Counted from the stretch's first letter, positions 9,044 to 18,871 are shown. The stretch is 24,000 nucleotides of DNA from Bacillus vallismortis (GCF_040784915.1 NZ_CP160797.1:1764137-1788136), one strand, 5' to 3'. Program-made: numbers and translations. Notes: generated by a model not told the origin, from the sequence alone.

Positions 9044-12000
9044 ATGTTCCTCAAACGCTTAGACGTTATAGGATTTAAATCGTTTGCAGAACGGATTTCC
9101 GTAGATTTTGTAAAAGGCGTTACAGCGGTTGTCGGTCCAAACGGGAGCGGAAAAAGCAATATTACAGATGCCATTCGCTGGGTTCTTGGAGAGCAATCGG
9201 CACGGTCTCTTCGCGGCGGAAAAATGGAAGATATCATTTTTGCCGGCAGTGATTCGAGAAAGCGATTAAACCTAGCTGAAGTTACACTTACTCTTGATAA
9301 TGATGATCATTTCTTGCCGATTGACTTCCATGAGGTCAGTGTTACAAGACGTGTATACAGATCAGGCGAGAGTGAGTTTCTGATTAACAATCAGCAGTGC
9401 CGCTTAAAAGATATTATTGATTTATTTATGGACTCTGGTCTAGGTAAAGAAGCATTTTCTATTATCAGCCAAGGGAAAGTGGAAGAGATCCTGAGCAGCA
9501 AAGCGGAGGATCGCCGCAGTATCTTTGAAGAAGCCGCCGGGGTGCTTAAATATAAAACGAGAAAGAAAAAAGCAGAAAATAAACTGTTTGAGACACAGGA
9601 CAATTTAAACCGGGTAGAAGATATATTACATGAGCTTGAAGGACAGGTTGAACCCCTTAAAATTCAAGCTTCAATCGCGAAAGACTATCTGGAGAAAAAG
9701 AAAGAGCTGGAGCATGTTGAAATTGCGCTGACTGCCTATGATATCGAAGAGCTGCATGGCAAATGGTCAACGCTTAAAGAGAAAGTGCAGCTCGCAAAGG
9801 AAGAAGAGCTCGCTGAATCGTCTGCAATTTCTGCGAAAGAAGCGAAAATTGAAGATGCGAGAGACAAAATTCAAGCGCTGGATGAATCAGTAGATGAGCT
9901 CCAGCAGGTCTTATTGGTGACGAGTGAAGAGCTGGAAAAGCTTGAAGGCCGTAAAGAAGTCCTGAAAGAACGCAAGAAAAACGCTGTGCAAAACCAAGAA
10001 CAGCTGGAAGAAGCCATCGTTCAGTTTCAGCAAAAAGAAACGGTGCTGAAAGAAGAGCTTGCGAAGCAGGAAGCTGTCTTCGAAACGCTTCAGGCAGAGG
10101 TGAAACAGTTAAGAGCTCAGGTAAAAGAAAAGCAACAGGCTCTCAGTCTTCACAATGAAAATGTCGAAGAGAAGATCGAGCAGCTGAAAAGCGATTACTT
10201 TGAGCTGTTAAACAGCCAGGCTTCGATACGCAACGAGCTCCAGCTGCTGGATGACCAGATGTCCCAATCCGCTGTCACATTACAGAGGCTTGCAGACAAC
10301 AATGAAAAGCATCTTCAGGAACGGCGCGATATTTCTGCGCGAAAAGCCGCATGTGAAACGGAGTTTGCCCGAATTGAGCAGGAGATGCACAGCCAAGTCG
10401 GCGCATATCGTGACATGCAGACAAAATATGAGCAGAAAAAGCGCCAATACGAAAAAAATGAATCCGCTTTGTATCAGGCATACCAATACGTTCAGCAAGC
10501 GAGATCGAAAAAGGACATGCTTGAGACGATGCAGGGTGATTTCTCCGGCTTTTATCAAGGTGTTAAAGAAGTGCTGAAAGTGAAGGAGCGCCTTGGCGGG
10601 ATTCGCGGAGCGGTCCTTGAGCTGATGTCAACAGACCGAAAGTATGAAACGGCCATTGAAATTGCGCTCGGCGCTTCTGCCCAGCATGTCGTGACCGACG
10701 ATGAACAGTCTGCCCGCAAAGCGATTCAATATTTAAAACAGAATTCCTTCGGCCGGGCGACGTTTCTGCCTCTTTCTGTCATCAGAGACCGCCAGCTTCA
10801 AAGCCGGGACGCGGAAACAGCAGCGCAGCATTCGTCATTTCTCGGGGTTGCCAGTGAACTTGTCACATTTGATCCTGCGTATCGGCGCATCATCCAGAAT
10901 CTTCTTGGAACCGTGCTGATCACAGAGGATTTAAAGGGGGCAAATGAGCTTGCGAAGCTTCTCGGCCACCGGTACCGCATCGTAACCCTTGAGGGAGATG
11001 TCGTGAATCCGGGTGGTTCAATGACGGGCGGAGCGGTTAAAAAGAAAAATAACTCGCTGCTTGGAAGAAGCCGTGAGCTTGAAGATGTGAGCAAACGGCT
11101 CATTGAAATGGAAGAGAAAACAGCACTGCTTGAACAAGAAGTCAAAACACTTAAGCAATCCCTTCAGGATATAGAGAATAAACTGGCTGATTTAAGAGAA
11201 ACAGGGGAAAGCTTGAGATTAAAGCAGCAGGATGTAAAAGGCCAGCTGTACGAACTTCAAGTTGCCGAAAAAAATATCAACACCCATTTAGAGCTCTATG
11301 ATCAAGAAAAATCCGCTCTGTTAGAAAGCGATGAAGAGAAGAAAACGCGCAAACGCAAGCTGGAAGAAGAGCTTTCTGCCGTATCCGAAAAGATGAAGCA
11401 GCTTGAAGAGGACATGGACAGACTGACAAAACAAAAACAAACGCAATCAACAACGAAAGAGTCTCTCTCCAATGAGCTTACCGAGCTGAAGATCACAGCG
11501 GCCAAAAAAGAGCAGGCATGCCAGGGTGAAGAGGACAACCTTGACAGACTAAAGAAAGAGCTCGCAGAAACAGAGTTTGCGTTAAAAGAAGCGAAAGAAG
11601 ACTTGAGCTTCTTAACGTCAGAGATGTCATCAAGCTCCAGCGGCGAAGAAAAGCTTGAAGAAGCTGCAAAACATAAATTGAATGACAAAACGAAAACGAT
11701 CGAACTGATTGCGTTAAGACGCGACCAGCGTATCAAGCTTCAGCATGGGCTTGATACGTATGAGCGTGAGCTGAAAGAAATGAAACGGCTGTATAAACAA
11801 AAAACAACGCTCTTAAAAGATGAAGAGGTCAAACTGGGCCGGATGGAAGTTGAGCTTGATAATTTGCTTCAGTACTTGCGGGAGGAATACAGCTTGTCCT
11901 TTGAGGGGGCAAAAGAGACATATCAGCTTGAAGCAGATCCAGAGGAAGCCAGAAAGCGCGTGAAGCTGATTAAACTCGCAATCGAAGAGCTGGGTGCTGT

Positions 12001-12604
12001 AAACCTCGGAAGCATAGATGAGTTTGAGAGGGTCAACGAACGGTATAAGTTTCTGTCAGAACAAAAAGAAGATTTGACAGAAGCGAAAAATACCTTGTTC
12101 CAAGTGATTGAAGAAATGGATGAAGAAATGACGAAACGCTTTAACGACACATTCGTCCAAATCCGCTCACATTTTGATCAAGTCTTCCGTTCCTTATTCG
12201 GAGGAGGACGAGCTGAACTAAGGCTCACCGATCCGAACGATCTGCTTCACTCAGGAGTCGAGATTATCGCACAGCCGCCGGGGAAAAAATTGCAAAACTT
12301 AAACCTTCTGTCAGGCGGAGAGCGTGCGCTTACTGCTATAGCGCTCTTATTCTCAATCTTAAAGGTTCGTCCTGTGCCGTTTTGCGTCCTTGACGAAGTA
12401 GAGGCTGCGCTTGACGAAGCGAATGTCTTCCGATTTGCGCAGTATTTAAAAAAATACAGCAGCGATACCCAGTTTATCGTGATTACCCACAGAAAAGGGA
12501 CGATGGAGGAAGCGGATGTGCTATACGGCGTAACCATGCAGGAATCCGGTGTTTCAAAGGTAATTTCAGTTAAGCTGGAAGAAACAAAAGAATTCGTACA
12601 GTAA
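9044..12604 (+). CDS. smc: Chromosome condensation and segregation ATPase SMC
   Basis: 1186 aa with RBS AAGGAGG at 9031-9037. Walker A GPNGSGKSN, two long Glu/Lys/Leu-rich coiled-coil arms and a central hinge (GIRGAVLEL...GRATFLPLS). ABC signature LSGGERALTAIALLF and Walker B FCVLDEVEAALD. Confidence 0.97.
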   Translation: MFLKRLDVIGFKSFAERISVDFVKGVTAVVGPNGSGKSNITDAIRWVLGEQSARSLRGGKMEDIIFAGSDSRKRLNLAEVTLTLDNDDHFLPIDFHEVSVTRRVYRSGESEFLINNQQCRLKDIIDLFMDSGLGKEAFSIISQGKVEEILSSKAEDRRSIFEEAAGVLKYKTRKKKAENKLFETQDNLNRVEDILHELEGQVEPLKIQASIAKDYLEKKKELEHVEIALTAYDIEELHGKWSTLKEKVQLAKEEELAESSAISAKEAKIEDARDKIQALDESVDELQQVLLVTSEELEKLEGRKEVLKERKKNAVQNQEQLEEAIVQFQQKETVLKEELAKQEAVFETLQAEVKQLRAQVKEKQQALSLHNENVEEKIEQLKSDYFELLNSQASIRNELQLLDDQMSQSAVTLQRLADNNEKHLQERRDISARKAACETEFARIEQEMHSQVGAYRDMQTKYEQKKRQYEKNESALYQAYQYVQQARSKKDMLETMQGDFSGFYQGVKEVLKVKERLGGIRGAVLELMSTDRKYETAIEIALGASAQHVVTDDEQSARKAIQYLKQNSFGRATFLPLSVIRDRQLQSRDAETAAQHSSFLGVASELVTFDPAYRRIIQNLLGTVLITEDLKGANELAKLLGHRYRIVTLEGDVVNPGGSMTGGAVKKKNNSLLGRSRELEDVSKRLIEMEEKTALLEQEVKTLKQSLQDIENKLADLRETGESLRLKQQDVKGQLYELQVAEKNINTHLELYDQEKSALLESDEEKKTRKRKLEEELSAVSEKMKQLEEDMDRLTKQKQTQSTTKESLSNELTELKITAAKKEQACQGEEDNLDRLKKELAETEFALKEAKEDLSFLTSEMSSSSSGEEKLEEAAKHKLNDKTKTIELIALRRDQRIKLQHGLDTYERELKEMKRLYKQKTTLLKDEEVKLGRMEVELDNLLQYLREEYSLSFEGAKETYQLEADPEEARKRVKLIKLAIEELGAVNLGSIDEFERVNERYKFLSEQKEDLTEAKNTLFQVIEEMDEEMTKRFNDTFVQIRSHFDQVFRSLFGGGRAELRLTDPNDLLHSGVEIIAQPPGKKLQNLNLLSGGERALTAIALLFSILKVRPVPFCVLDEVEAALDEANVFRFAQYLKKYSSDTQFIVITHRKGTMEEADVLYGVTMQESGVSKVISVKLEETKEFVQ

Positions 12605-12623
12605 CGAGGAAAGAGGGTAAAAG

Positions 12624-13613
12624 ATGAGCTTTTTTAAAAAATTAAAAGAGAAAATCACAAAACAGACAGATTCCGTATCTGAAAAGTTTAAGGATGGCCT
12701 TGAAAAAACAAGAAACTCCTTTCAAACCAAAGTGAATGATCTTGTATCCCGTTACCGTAAAGTGGATGAGGATTTCTTTGAAGAACTTGAAGAGGTTCTT
12801 ATCAGCGCGGATGTCGGCTTTACAACCGTTATGGAATTAATAGATGAGCTGAAAACAGAAGTGAAACGCAGAAATATTCAAGATCCGATGGAAGTCCAGT
12901 CTGTTATTTCTGAGAAACTGGTCGAGATTTATAACAGCGGAGATGAGCAAATTTCTGAGTTGAACATTCAGGATGGGCGTTTAAATGTCATCCTTCTGGT
13001 AGGTGTAAACGGAGTCGGCAAAACGACAACAATCGGAAAGCTTGCCCATAAATTGAAGCAAGAAGGGAAATCTGTCGTACTTGCTGCCGGAGACACATTT
13101 AGAGCGGGCGCCATTGAACAGCTGGAAGTATGGGGAGAGCGTACGGGAGTGCCTGTCATTAAGCAGACGGCCGGAAGCGATCCTGCGGCTGTTATCTATG
13201 ATGCTGTCCATGCTGCGAAAGCAAGAAACGCTGATATATTAATCTGTGATACAGCAGGGCGTCTCCAAAACAAAGTAAACCTGATGAAAGAGCTTGAAAA
13301 AGTGAAGCGCGTCATCGAAAGAGAAGTGCCTGAAGCGCCGCATGAGGTGCTGCTTGCTCTTGATGCCACAACCGGACAAAACGCGATGGCGCAGGCGAAA
13401 GAGTTTTCTAAAGCAACAAACGTTACAGGCATTGCTTTAACGAAGCTTGACGGTACGGCAAAAGGCGGTATTGTCCTTGCGATCCGCAACGAGCTTCACA
13501 TCCCGGTTAAACTAGTCGGGTTAGGTGAAAAAGTTGATGATCTCCAGGGATTTAACGCTGAATCGTATGTATACGGCCTGTTTTCAGATTTAGTTGAGAA
13601 AGCCGAGGATTAA
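12624..13613 (+). CDS. ftsY: Signal recognition particle receptor FtsY
   Basis: 329 aa. SRP-GTPase NG domain motifs GVNGVGKTTT (G1), DTAGR (G3) and TKLDG (G4). Lies 19 nt after smc. Confidence 0.96.
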   Translation: MSFFKKLKEKITKQTDSVSEKFKDGLEKTRNSFQTKVNDLVSRYRKVDEDFFEELEEVLISADVGFTTVMELIDELKTEVKRRNIQDPMEVQSVISEKLVEIYNSGDEQISELNIQDGRLNVILLVGVNGVGKTTTIGKLAHKLKQEGKSVVLAAGDTFRAGAIEQLEVWGERTGVPVIKQTAGSDPAAVIYDAVHAAKARNADILICDTAGRLQNKVNLMKELEKVKRVIEREVPEAPHEVLLALDATTGQNAMAQAKEFSKATNVTGIALTKLDGTAKGGIVLAIRNELHIPVKLVGLGEKVDDLQGFNAESYVYGLFSDLVEKAED

Positions 13614-13614
13614 G

Positions 13615-13645
13615 AAAAAGGCCCCTAAAAAGGCCTTTTTCTTTT
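13615..13645. terminator. Bidirectional intrinsic terminator shared by convergent ftsY and ylqB
   Basis: AAAAAGGCC (13615-13623) / GGCCTTTTT (13632-13640). An A-run lies on the left and a T-run (TTTTTCTTTT) on the right, so it can function on both strands. It sits between the ftsY stop (13613) and the ylqB stop (13647). Confidence 0.75.
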
Positions 13646-13646
13646 A

Positions 13647-14132
13647 TTATCTTCTTACTTGATAGGCGAAATGATAAAGGCTGTTATCAGTGGATACCAG
13701 TCTCGAATCTCCTGAATAAGCTCTAAAAGGGATGATGTCATAGTAATGAACGGAAACAGATGTGTAATACGTATAGTACCCAGCAGCTGGTCCCAAATAC
13801 ATTGGAACCTCAAACGTTCCGTTTTCATCGGTTGTTCCTGAAGCTGTTTTTGTTGTATTTCCGACTTTCGTATCTGCTTCAAATCTTACTGGAGCGTTTG
13901 GCACCGGCTGTCCGTTTTGGTCGAGCAATTTGCCGCTTATGGTGATATTGTACTTCACTCGCCAAAATTGACCTTGACCGTAATTGATTTTACCGTAAAC
14001 CCCTCCATCTGTGCTGATATTTGTGATTGTAGCCTTATAAGGCGCCTCAGCAGCGTCTGCTTGTTGTGCTGGGACAATGATTGTAAACACAGCTGCCAAG
14101 CACAGCATAAACAATAAACCGATTTTTTTCAT
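13647..14132 (-). CDS. ylqB: Secreted protein of unknown function with a beta-sandwich (carboxypeptidase-regulatory-like) domain
   Basis: 161 aa. GGAGG (complement of 14140-14144) lies 7 nt before the ATG (complement of 14130-14132). Signal peptide MKKIGLLFMLCLAAVFTIIVPAQQADA with an AxA cleavage site. The mature part carries a GKLLDQNGQPVPNAPV...TDENGTFEVPMYLGP pattern. It is the only minus-strand gene in the window. Confidence 0.9.
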   Translation of the reverse strand: MKKIGLLFMLCLAAVFTIIVPAQQADAAEAPYKATITNISTDGGVYGKINYGQGQFWRVKYNITISGKLLDQNGQPVPNAPVRFEADTKVGNTTKTASGTTDENGTFEVPMYLGPAAGYYTYYTSVSVHYYDIIPFRAYSGDSRLVSTDNSLYHFAYQVRR

Positions 14133-14237
14133 GAAAAATCCTCCTTTTAAATAGGGTTCATATACAATATCGGAATAAATTGGGTGATATTTAGTGTATT
14201 TTGGAAAAAATAATCATTGCTATGACAAGATAAAAAC

Positions 14238-14266
14238 TTGACAGTCTCCGTAAAACCGTGTAAACT
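14238..14266 (+). promoter_or_regulatory. Sigma-A-type promoter of ylxM-ffh
   Basis: Consensus TTGACA (14238-14243), 17-nt spacer, TAAACT (14261-14266). About 45 nt upstream of the ylxM ATG. Confidence 0.55.
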
Positions 14267-14310
14267 AAGTTATCGTAAAGGGATTTGACTTAACAAAGGG
14301 GAGAGCTCAA

Positions 14311-14643
14311 ATGTCACTCGAAAAGACAACGAGAATGAATTATCTGTTTGATTTTTATCAGTCGTTGTTGACGTCAAAACAGAAGAGCTATATGTCGCTT
14401 TATTATTTGGACGATTTCTCCCTAGGCGAAATAGCCGAAGAATATGAGGTTTCAAGACAAGCTGTTTATGATAACATCAAACGAACAGAAGCGATGCTTG
14501 AACAATATGAAGAAAAGCTGCTCCTTTTGAAAAAGTTTCAGGAGCGTAAAGAGATGTTTAATAAGCTGAAGGAGCTTGCTTCCGGTTCAAAAGAAGAGGA
14601 AGAACTTACAGCTCTGATTGAAGCGCTTGAGAAATTAGATTAG
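14311..14643 (+). CDS. ylxM: UPF0122-family small HTH protein (sigma-70 region-4-like), SRP-operon associated
   Basis: 110 aa with RBS AAAGGGGAG at 14296-14304. HTH segment [27 protein letters not shown]. Its TAG stop (14641-14643) lies within the ffh RBS. Confidence 0.92.
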   Translation: MSLEKTTRMNYLFDFYQSLLTSKQKSYMSLYYLDDFSLGEIAEEYEVSRQAVYDNIKRTEAMLEQYEEKLLLLKKFQERKEMFNKLKELASGSKEEEELTALIEALEKLD

Positions 14644-14656
14644 GAGGCGGCAAACT

Positions 14657-15997
14657 ATGGCATTTGAAGGATTAGCCGACCGACTGCAGCAGACGATTTC
14701 CAAAATCCGCGGAAAAGGGAAAGTCAGTGAACAAGATGTAAAAGATATGATGCGTGAGGTTCGTCTTGCGCTGCTTGAGGCTGACGTTAACTTTAAAGTA
14801 GTCAAGGATTTTGTCAAGAAAGTAAGTGAACGCGCTGTAGGCCAAGACGTCATGAAAAGTCTGACGCCCGGCCAGCAGGTCATTAAAGTTGTTAAAGAGG
14901 AACTGACTGAGCTGATGGGCGGCGAAGAGAGCAAAATCGCCACCGCGAAAAGGCCGCCGACTGTTATTATGATGGTCGGTCTCCAGGGTGCCGGTAAAAC
15001 GACAACAAGCGGTAAGCTTGCGAATCTGCTGCGCAAAAAGCATAATCGCAAACCGATGCTGGTTGCTGCCGATATTTACCGCCCAGCCGCCATTAAGCAG
15101 CTGGAAACACTTGGCAAACAGCTTGACATGCCTGTTTTCTCACTTGGTGATCAGGTCAGTCCTGTAGAAATAGCTAAACAGGCTATTGAAAAAGCCAAGG
15201 AAGAACATTATGACTATGTCATTTTGGATACGGCAGGCCGCTTGCATATTGACCATGAATTGATGGATGAACTGACCAGTGTGAAGGAAATCGCGAATCC
15301 GGAAGAAATCTTCCTGGTTGTCGATTCAATGACCGGTCAGGACGCTGTAAATGTAGCCCAAAGCTTTAATGAACAGCTCGGTTTAACCGGTGTTGTGCTG
15401 ACTAAGCTTGATGGAGACACACGCGGAGGTGCTGCGCTTTCTATTCGCGCGGTCACAAACACGCCGATTAAGTTCGCCGGTTTAGGCGAAAAGCTTGATG
15501 CGCTAGAATCGTTCCATCCTGAACGCATGGCATCAAGGATTCTCGGCATGGGCGACGTGCTGACATTGATTGAAAAAGCACAGGCCAGCGTCGATGAAGA
15601 TAAAGCCAAAGAGCTGGAACAAAAAATGAGAACAATGAGCTTCACATTGGACGATTTTCTGGAGCAGCTCGGGCAGGTCAGAAACATGGGGCCGCTTGAT
15701 GAGCTTCTGCAAATGATGCCGGGTGCAGGTAAAATGAAAGGCCTGAAAAACATCCAAGTTGATGAAAAACAGCTGAATCATGTGGAAGCAATCATTAAAT
15801 CAATGACTGTTCGTGAAAAAGAACAGCCGGATATCATCAATGCCAGCCGGCGGAAGCGGATTGCGAAAGGAAGCGGGACATCCGTGCAGGAAGTCAACCG
15901 TCTGCTTAAGCAGTTTGACGAAATGAAAAAAATGATGAAGCAGATGACAAACATGTCAAAAGGCAAGAAAAAAGGGTTTAAGCTACCTTTTATGTAA
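14657..15997 (+). CDS. ffh: Signal recognition particle protein Ffh
   Basis: 446 aa with RBS AGGAGG at 14642-14647. NG-domain motifs GLQGAGKTTT, DTAGR and TKLDGD. Met-rich C-terminal M domain (LQMMPGAGKMKG...FDEMKKMMKQMTNM). Confidence 0.97.
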   Translation: MAFEGLADRLQQTISKIRGKGKVSEQDVKDMMREVRLALLEADVNFKVVKDFVKKVSERAVGQDVMKSLTPGQQVIKVVKEELTELMGGEESKIATAKRPPTVIMMVGLQGAGKTTTSGKLANLLRKKHNRKPMLVAADIYRPAAIKQLETLGKQLDMPVFSLGDQVSPVEIAKQAIEKAKEEHYDYVILDTAGRLHIDHELMDELTSVKEIANPEEIFLVVDSMTGQDAVNVAQSFNEQLGLTGVVLTKLDGDTRGGAALSIRAVTNTPIKFAGLGEKLDALESFHPERMASRILGMGDVLTLIEKAQASVDEDKAKELEQKMRTMSFTLDDFLEQLGQVRNMGPLDELLQMMPGAGKMKGLKNIQVDEKQLNHVEAIIKSMTVREKEQPDIINASRRKRIAKGSGTSVQEVNRLLKQFDEMKKMMKQMTNMSKGKKKGFKLPFM

Positions 15998-16036
15998 TCG
16001 GTTATACATGATAAAACCGTTGTTAAGAAAAAACAC

Positions 16037-16065
16037 TTTACAAACACTTTTATCATTGTTAATAT
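16037..16065 (+). promoter_or_regulatory. Sigma-A-type promoter of the rpsP operon
   Basis: TTTACA (16037-16042), 17-nt spacer, TAATAT (16060-16065), preceded by TGt (16057-16059), an extended -10. Confidence 0.6.
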
Positions 16066-16078
16066 ACTATCTTGTTGA

Positions 16079-16374
<296 letters not shown>

Positions 16375-16375
<1 letters not shown>

Positions 16376-16620
16376 TGACTGATCAACACTTGGAAGATTT
16401 GATTGTCAAAATTGTGACGCCGCTTGTTGATCATCCAGATGACATTCGCATCACAAGAGAAGAAACCGATCAAAAGATTGCGCTGCGCTTATCTGTCCAT
16501 AAGTCAGATACCGGTAAAGTTATCGGAAAGCAAGGCCGGACTGCAAAAGCGATTCGAACAGCTGTATTTGCAGCTGGCGCACAGTCTTCTAAGAAAGTTC
16601 AATTTGAGATATTTGACTAA
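16375..16620 (+). CDS. ylqC: KH-domain RNA-binding protein (KhpA family)
   Basis: 81 aa. The start overlaps the rpsP stop in TAATG (16373-16377). KH GxxG loop in VIGKQGRTAKAIRT. Confidence 0.93.
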
Positions 16621-16651
16621 AAGGGAGAGGGCCGGCACCTCCCCTTTTTTT
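16618..16651 (+). terminator. Intrinsic terminator after ylqC
   Basis: Stem AAAGGGAGAGG (16620-16630, one bulged A) / CCTCCCCTTT (16638-16647), with loop GCCGGCA, followed by a T-run to 16651. Confidence 0.7.
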
Positions 16652-16740
16652 ACACGCAAAAAAAGGGTAAACTGATAGAAGCTTAGGTGAAATTGAAAAC
16701 CTGAGCGACAAAAAGTTTTAAAAGCGGGGAGCTTGGTGCG

Positions 16741-17127
16741 ATGCAAATTATTCACCGTGTAGCCGTTATGCAAGTCTTAACCGAGCGCAGCAAGGAAAAG
16801 CTTTTAGCTTCTTTTGCCGACAAGAAACAAATGCTTGAACGAGAATGCAGCCAGCTCTATTTTCAGCTTAGAAAACATGAGAAAGAACAGCAAAATCCAG
16901 ATATGATTGAACAATTTAAAAAGGCAATAGAAAAGCGAAAAGATAACATAAAAATAATCGATTTTCAAATTGCTCAAGTACATACATTGCCGCTTGGCAG
17001 TGAGATGAAAGAAAAGGAAGTCGATGCGCTGCTGACAATTGAAGCCGGGGATAACTGGCATGAGAAAACAGCGGCAAACACCATCGTCATAAAAGACGGA
17101 CAAGTAATTGAAATTCGCCAGAGGTGA
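16741..17127 (+). CDS. ylqD: YlqD-family protein of unknown function (predicted helical/coiled-coil N-terminal half)
   Basis: 128 aa with a weak RBS GGGGAG at 16726-16731. It matches B. subtilis YlqD by position and length. The stop is 4 nt before the rimM ATG. Confidence 0.85.
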   Translation: MQIIHRVAVMQVLTERSKEKLLASFADKKQMLERECSQLYFQLRKHEKEQQNPDMIEQFKKAIEKRKDNIKIIDFQIAQVHTLPLGSEMKEKEVDALLTIEAGDNWHEKTAANTIVIKDGQVIEIRQR

Positions 17128-17131
17128 TGAT

Positions 17132-17656
17132 ATGACAAAGCGATGGTTTAACGTAGGTAAGATCGTAAATACCCACGGAATTAAAGGCGAAGTGCGGGTG
17201 ATTTCGAAAACAGATTTTGCCGAAGAACGGTACAAGCCGGGCAACACGCTGTATCTGTTTATAGACGGACGTAACGAGCCCGTGGAAGTAACGGTGAACA
17301 CGCACAGACTGCATAAACAATTTCATTTGCTGCAGTTTAAAGAAAGACAAAGCATGAATGAAGTGGAAGAACTGAAAAACGCGATCATTAAAGTTCCTGA
17401 AGAAGATTTAGGAGAGCTGAATGCGGGAGAATTTTATTTCCACGAAATCATTGGGTGTGAAGTATTTACCGAAGACGGCCAACTAATCGGAAAGGTTAAA
17501 GAAATTTTGACACCTGGAGCTAATGACGTATGGGTCATCGGGAGAAAAGGGAAAAAAGACGCGCTGATTCCTTACATTGAATCAGTGGTCAAACATATCG
17601 ATGTCAGCGAAAAGAAAATTGAGGTTGAACTTATGGAAGGATTAATAGACGAATGA
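17132..17656 (+). CDS. rimM: 16S rRNA processing protein RimM
   Basis: 174 aa starting [23 protein letters not shown] (RimM N-terminal beta-barrel motif), with a PRC-barrel C-terminus. RBS GAGGTG at 17121-17126. The track start at 17108 is rejected. Confidence 0.95.
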   Translation: MTKRWFNVGKIVNTHGIKGEVRVISKTDFAEERYKPGNTLYLFIDGRNEPVEVTVNTHRLHKQFHLLQFKERQSMNEVEELKNAIIKVPEEDLGELNAGEFYFHEIIGCEVFTEDGQLIGKVKEILTPGANDVWVIGRKGKKDALIPYIESVVKHIDVSEKKIEVELMEGLIDE

Positions 17657-18384
17657 AAATCGACTTTTTGACACTGTTTCCCGAAATGTTTGAAGGCGTG
17701 CTCGGTTCATCGATTCTTCAAAAAGCGCAGGATAAAGAAGCGGTGCAGTTTCAAGTCGTAAATTTCCGGGAGTATTCTGATAACAAGCATAATACTGTTG
17801 ATGATTATCCTTATGGCGGCGGGGCAGGCATGGTTCTCAAGCCTCAGCCTGTTTTTGACGCGGTCGAGGGCCTGACATCAAAGGCAGCCGCTGCTCCGCG
17901 TATTATTCTCGTCTGCCCGCAAGGTGAACGCTTTACCCAAAAAAAAGCCGAACAATTAGCGAAGGAAGAGCATTTGCTGTTCATTTGCGGCCACTATGAA
18001 GGCTACGATGAACGCATTCGCGAGCATCTGGTGACGGATGAAATATCCATTGGCGATTTTGTTCTGACCGGCGGTGAGCTCCCTGCAATGATGATTGCCG
18101 ACAGTGTGGTTAGACTGCTTCCGGGTGTGCTGGGCAAAGAGGCTTCCCATATTGAGGATTCATTCAGCACCGGCCTTTTAGAGCACCCGCATTATACAAG
18201 ACCGGCGGATTACAAAGGTTTAAAAGTGCCTGAAACGCTTCTATCAGGAAACCATGCGAAAATCAACGAATGGCGGAATAAAGAATCGATCAGAAGAACC
18301 TATGCAAGACGCCCGGATCTTCTGAAAGACTATCCGCTTACAGAGCAGCAAAGAAAATGGATTTCTGAATGGGAAAAAGAATAG
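17653..18384 (+). CDS. trmD: tRNA (guanine37-N1)-methyltransferase TrmD
   Basis: 243 aa. ATGA overlap with rimM (17653-17656). SPOUT/TrmD motifs are present: [22 protein letters not shown] and [14 protein letters not shown]. Confidence 0.97.
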   Translation: MKIDFLTLFPEMFEGVLGSSILQKAQDKEAVQFQVVNFREYSDNKHNTVDDYPYGGGAGMVLKPQPVFDAVEGLTSKAAAAPRIILVCPQGERFTQKKAEQLAKEEHLLFICGHYEGYDERIREHLVTDEISIGDFVLTGGELPAMMIADSVVRLLPGVLGKEASHIEDSFSTGLLEHPHYTRPADYKGLKVPETLLSGNHAKINEWRNKESIRRTYARRPDLLKDYPLTEQQRKWISEWEKE

Positions 18385-18390
18385 ATTTTA

Positions 18391-18419
18391 TTGCATAGAC
18401 TATGAAATTGTGATAAGAT
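18391..18419 (+). promoter_or_regulatory. Sigma-A-type promoter of rplS
   Basis: TTGCAT (18391-18396), 17-nt spacer, TAAGAT (18414-18419), with the extended -10 TGa at 18411-18413. Confidence 0.6.
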
Positions 18420-18425
18420 ACTACT

Positions 18426-18871
<446 letters not shown>

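Noticed and set aside
10251-10577. 108-aa + strand ORF in an alternative frame inside smc, and a similar out-of-frame ORF at 16424-16675 across the ylqC end
   Set aside because: The peptides are Arg/Lys/Cys/Thr-rich and look like nonsense sequence without an RBS. The 16424-16675 ORF would read through the ylqC terminator hairpin.
9391-12537. Series of long minus-strand ORFs antisense to smc (for example 10798-11145 at 115 aa, 11302-11736 at 144 aa, 11923-12150 and 12247-12537), many of them very Ser/Phe/Leu-rich
   Set aside because: They are the expected mirror image of GAA/AAG/CTT-rich coiled-coil codons. GAA, GAG, AAA and CTG read backwards give TTC, CTC, TTT and CAG and few stops. They have no RBS, their composition is low-complexity, and they lie entirely inside a strongly supported gene.
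12400-12623. Search for the sporulation-specific (sigma-K-type) ftsY promoter reported to lie inside the 3' end of smc in B. subtilis
   Set aside because: I could not find a convincing AC-16/17-CATAnnnTA match by eye; CTATACGGCGTA at about 12521-12532 and GTACAGTAA at about 12595-12603 are poor. I therefore annotated no promoter. Transcript 5'-end data would be needed.
14635-15753. Minus-strand ORFs antisense to ffh (14635-15051, 14672-15043, 15337-15753)
   Set aside because: Two of them overlap each other in different frames, none has translation signals, and all lie within the strongly supported ffh gene.
15999-16025. Possible terminator after ffh (CGGTT 15999-16003 / AACCG 16015-16019, then TTGTT)
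   Set aside because: It has only a 5-bp stem with an 11-nt loop and a poor U-tract, which is too weak to call.
16804-17301. 165-aa minus-strand ORF antisense to ylqD and rimM
   Set aside because: It is Phe/Leu/Ile/Lys-rich, an AT-driven composition. It spans a gene boundary on the other strand and has no RBS or promoter signal. The sense-strand genes are conserved and well supported.
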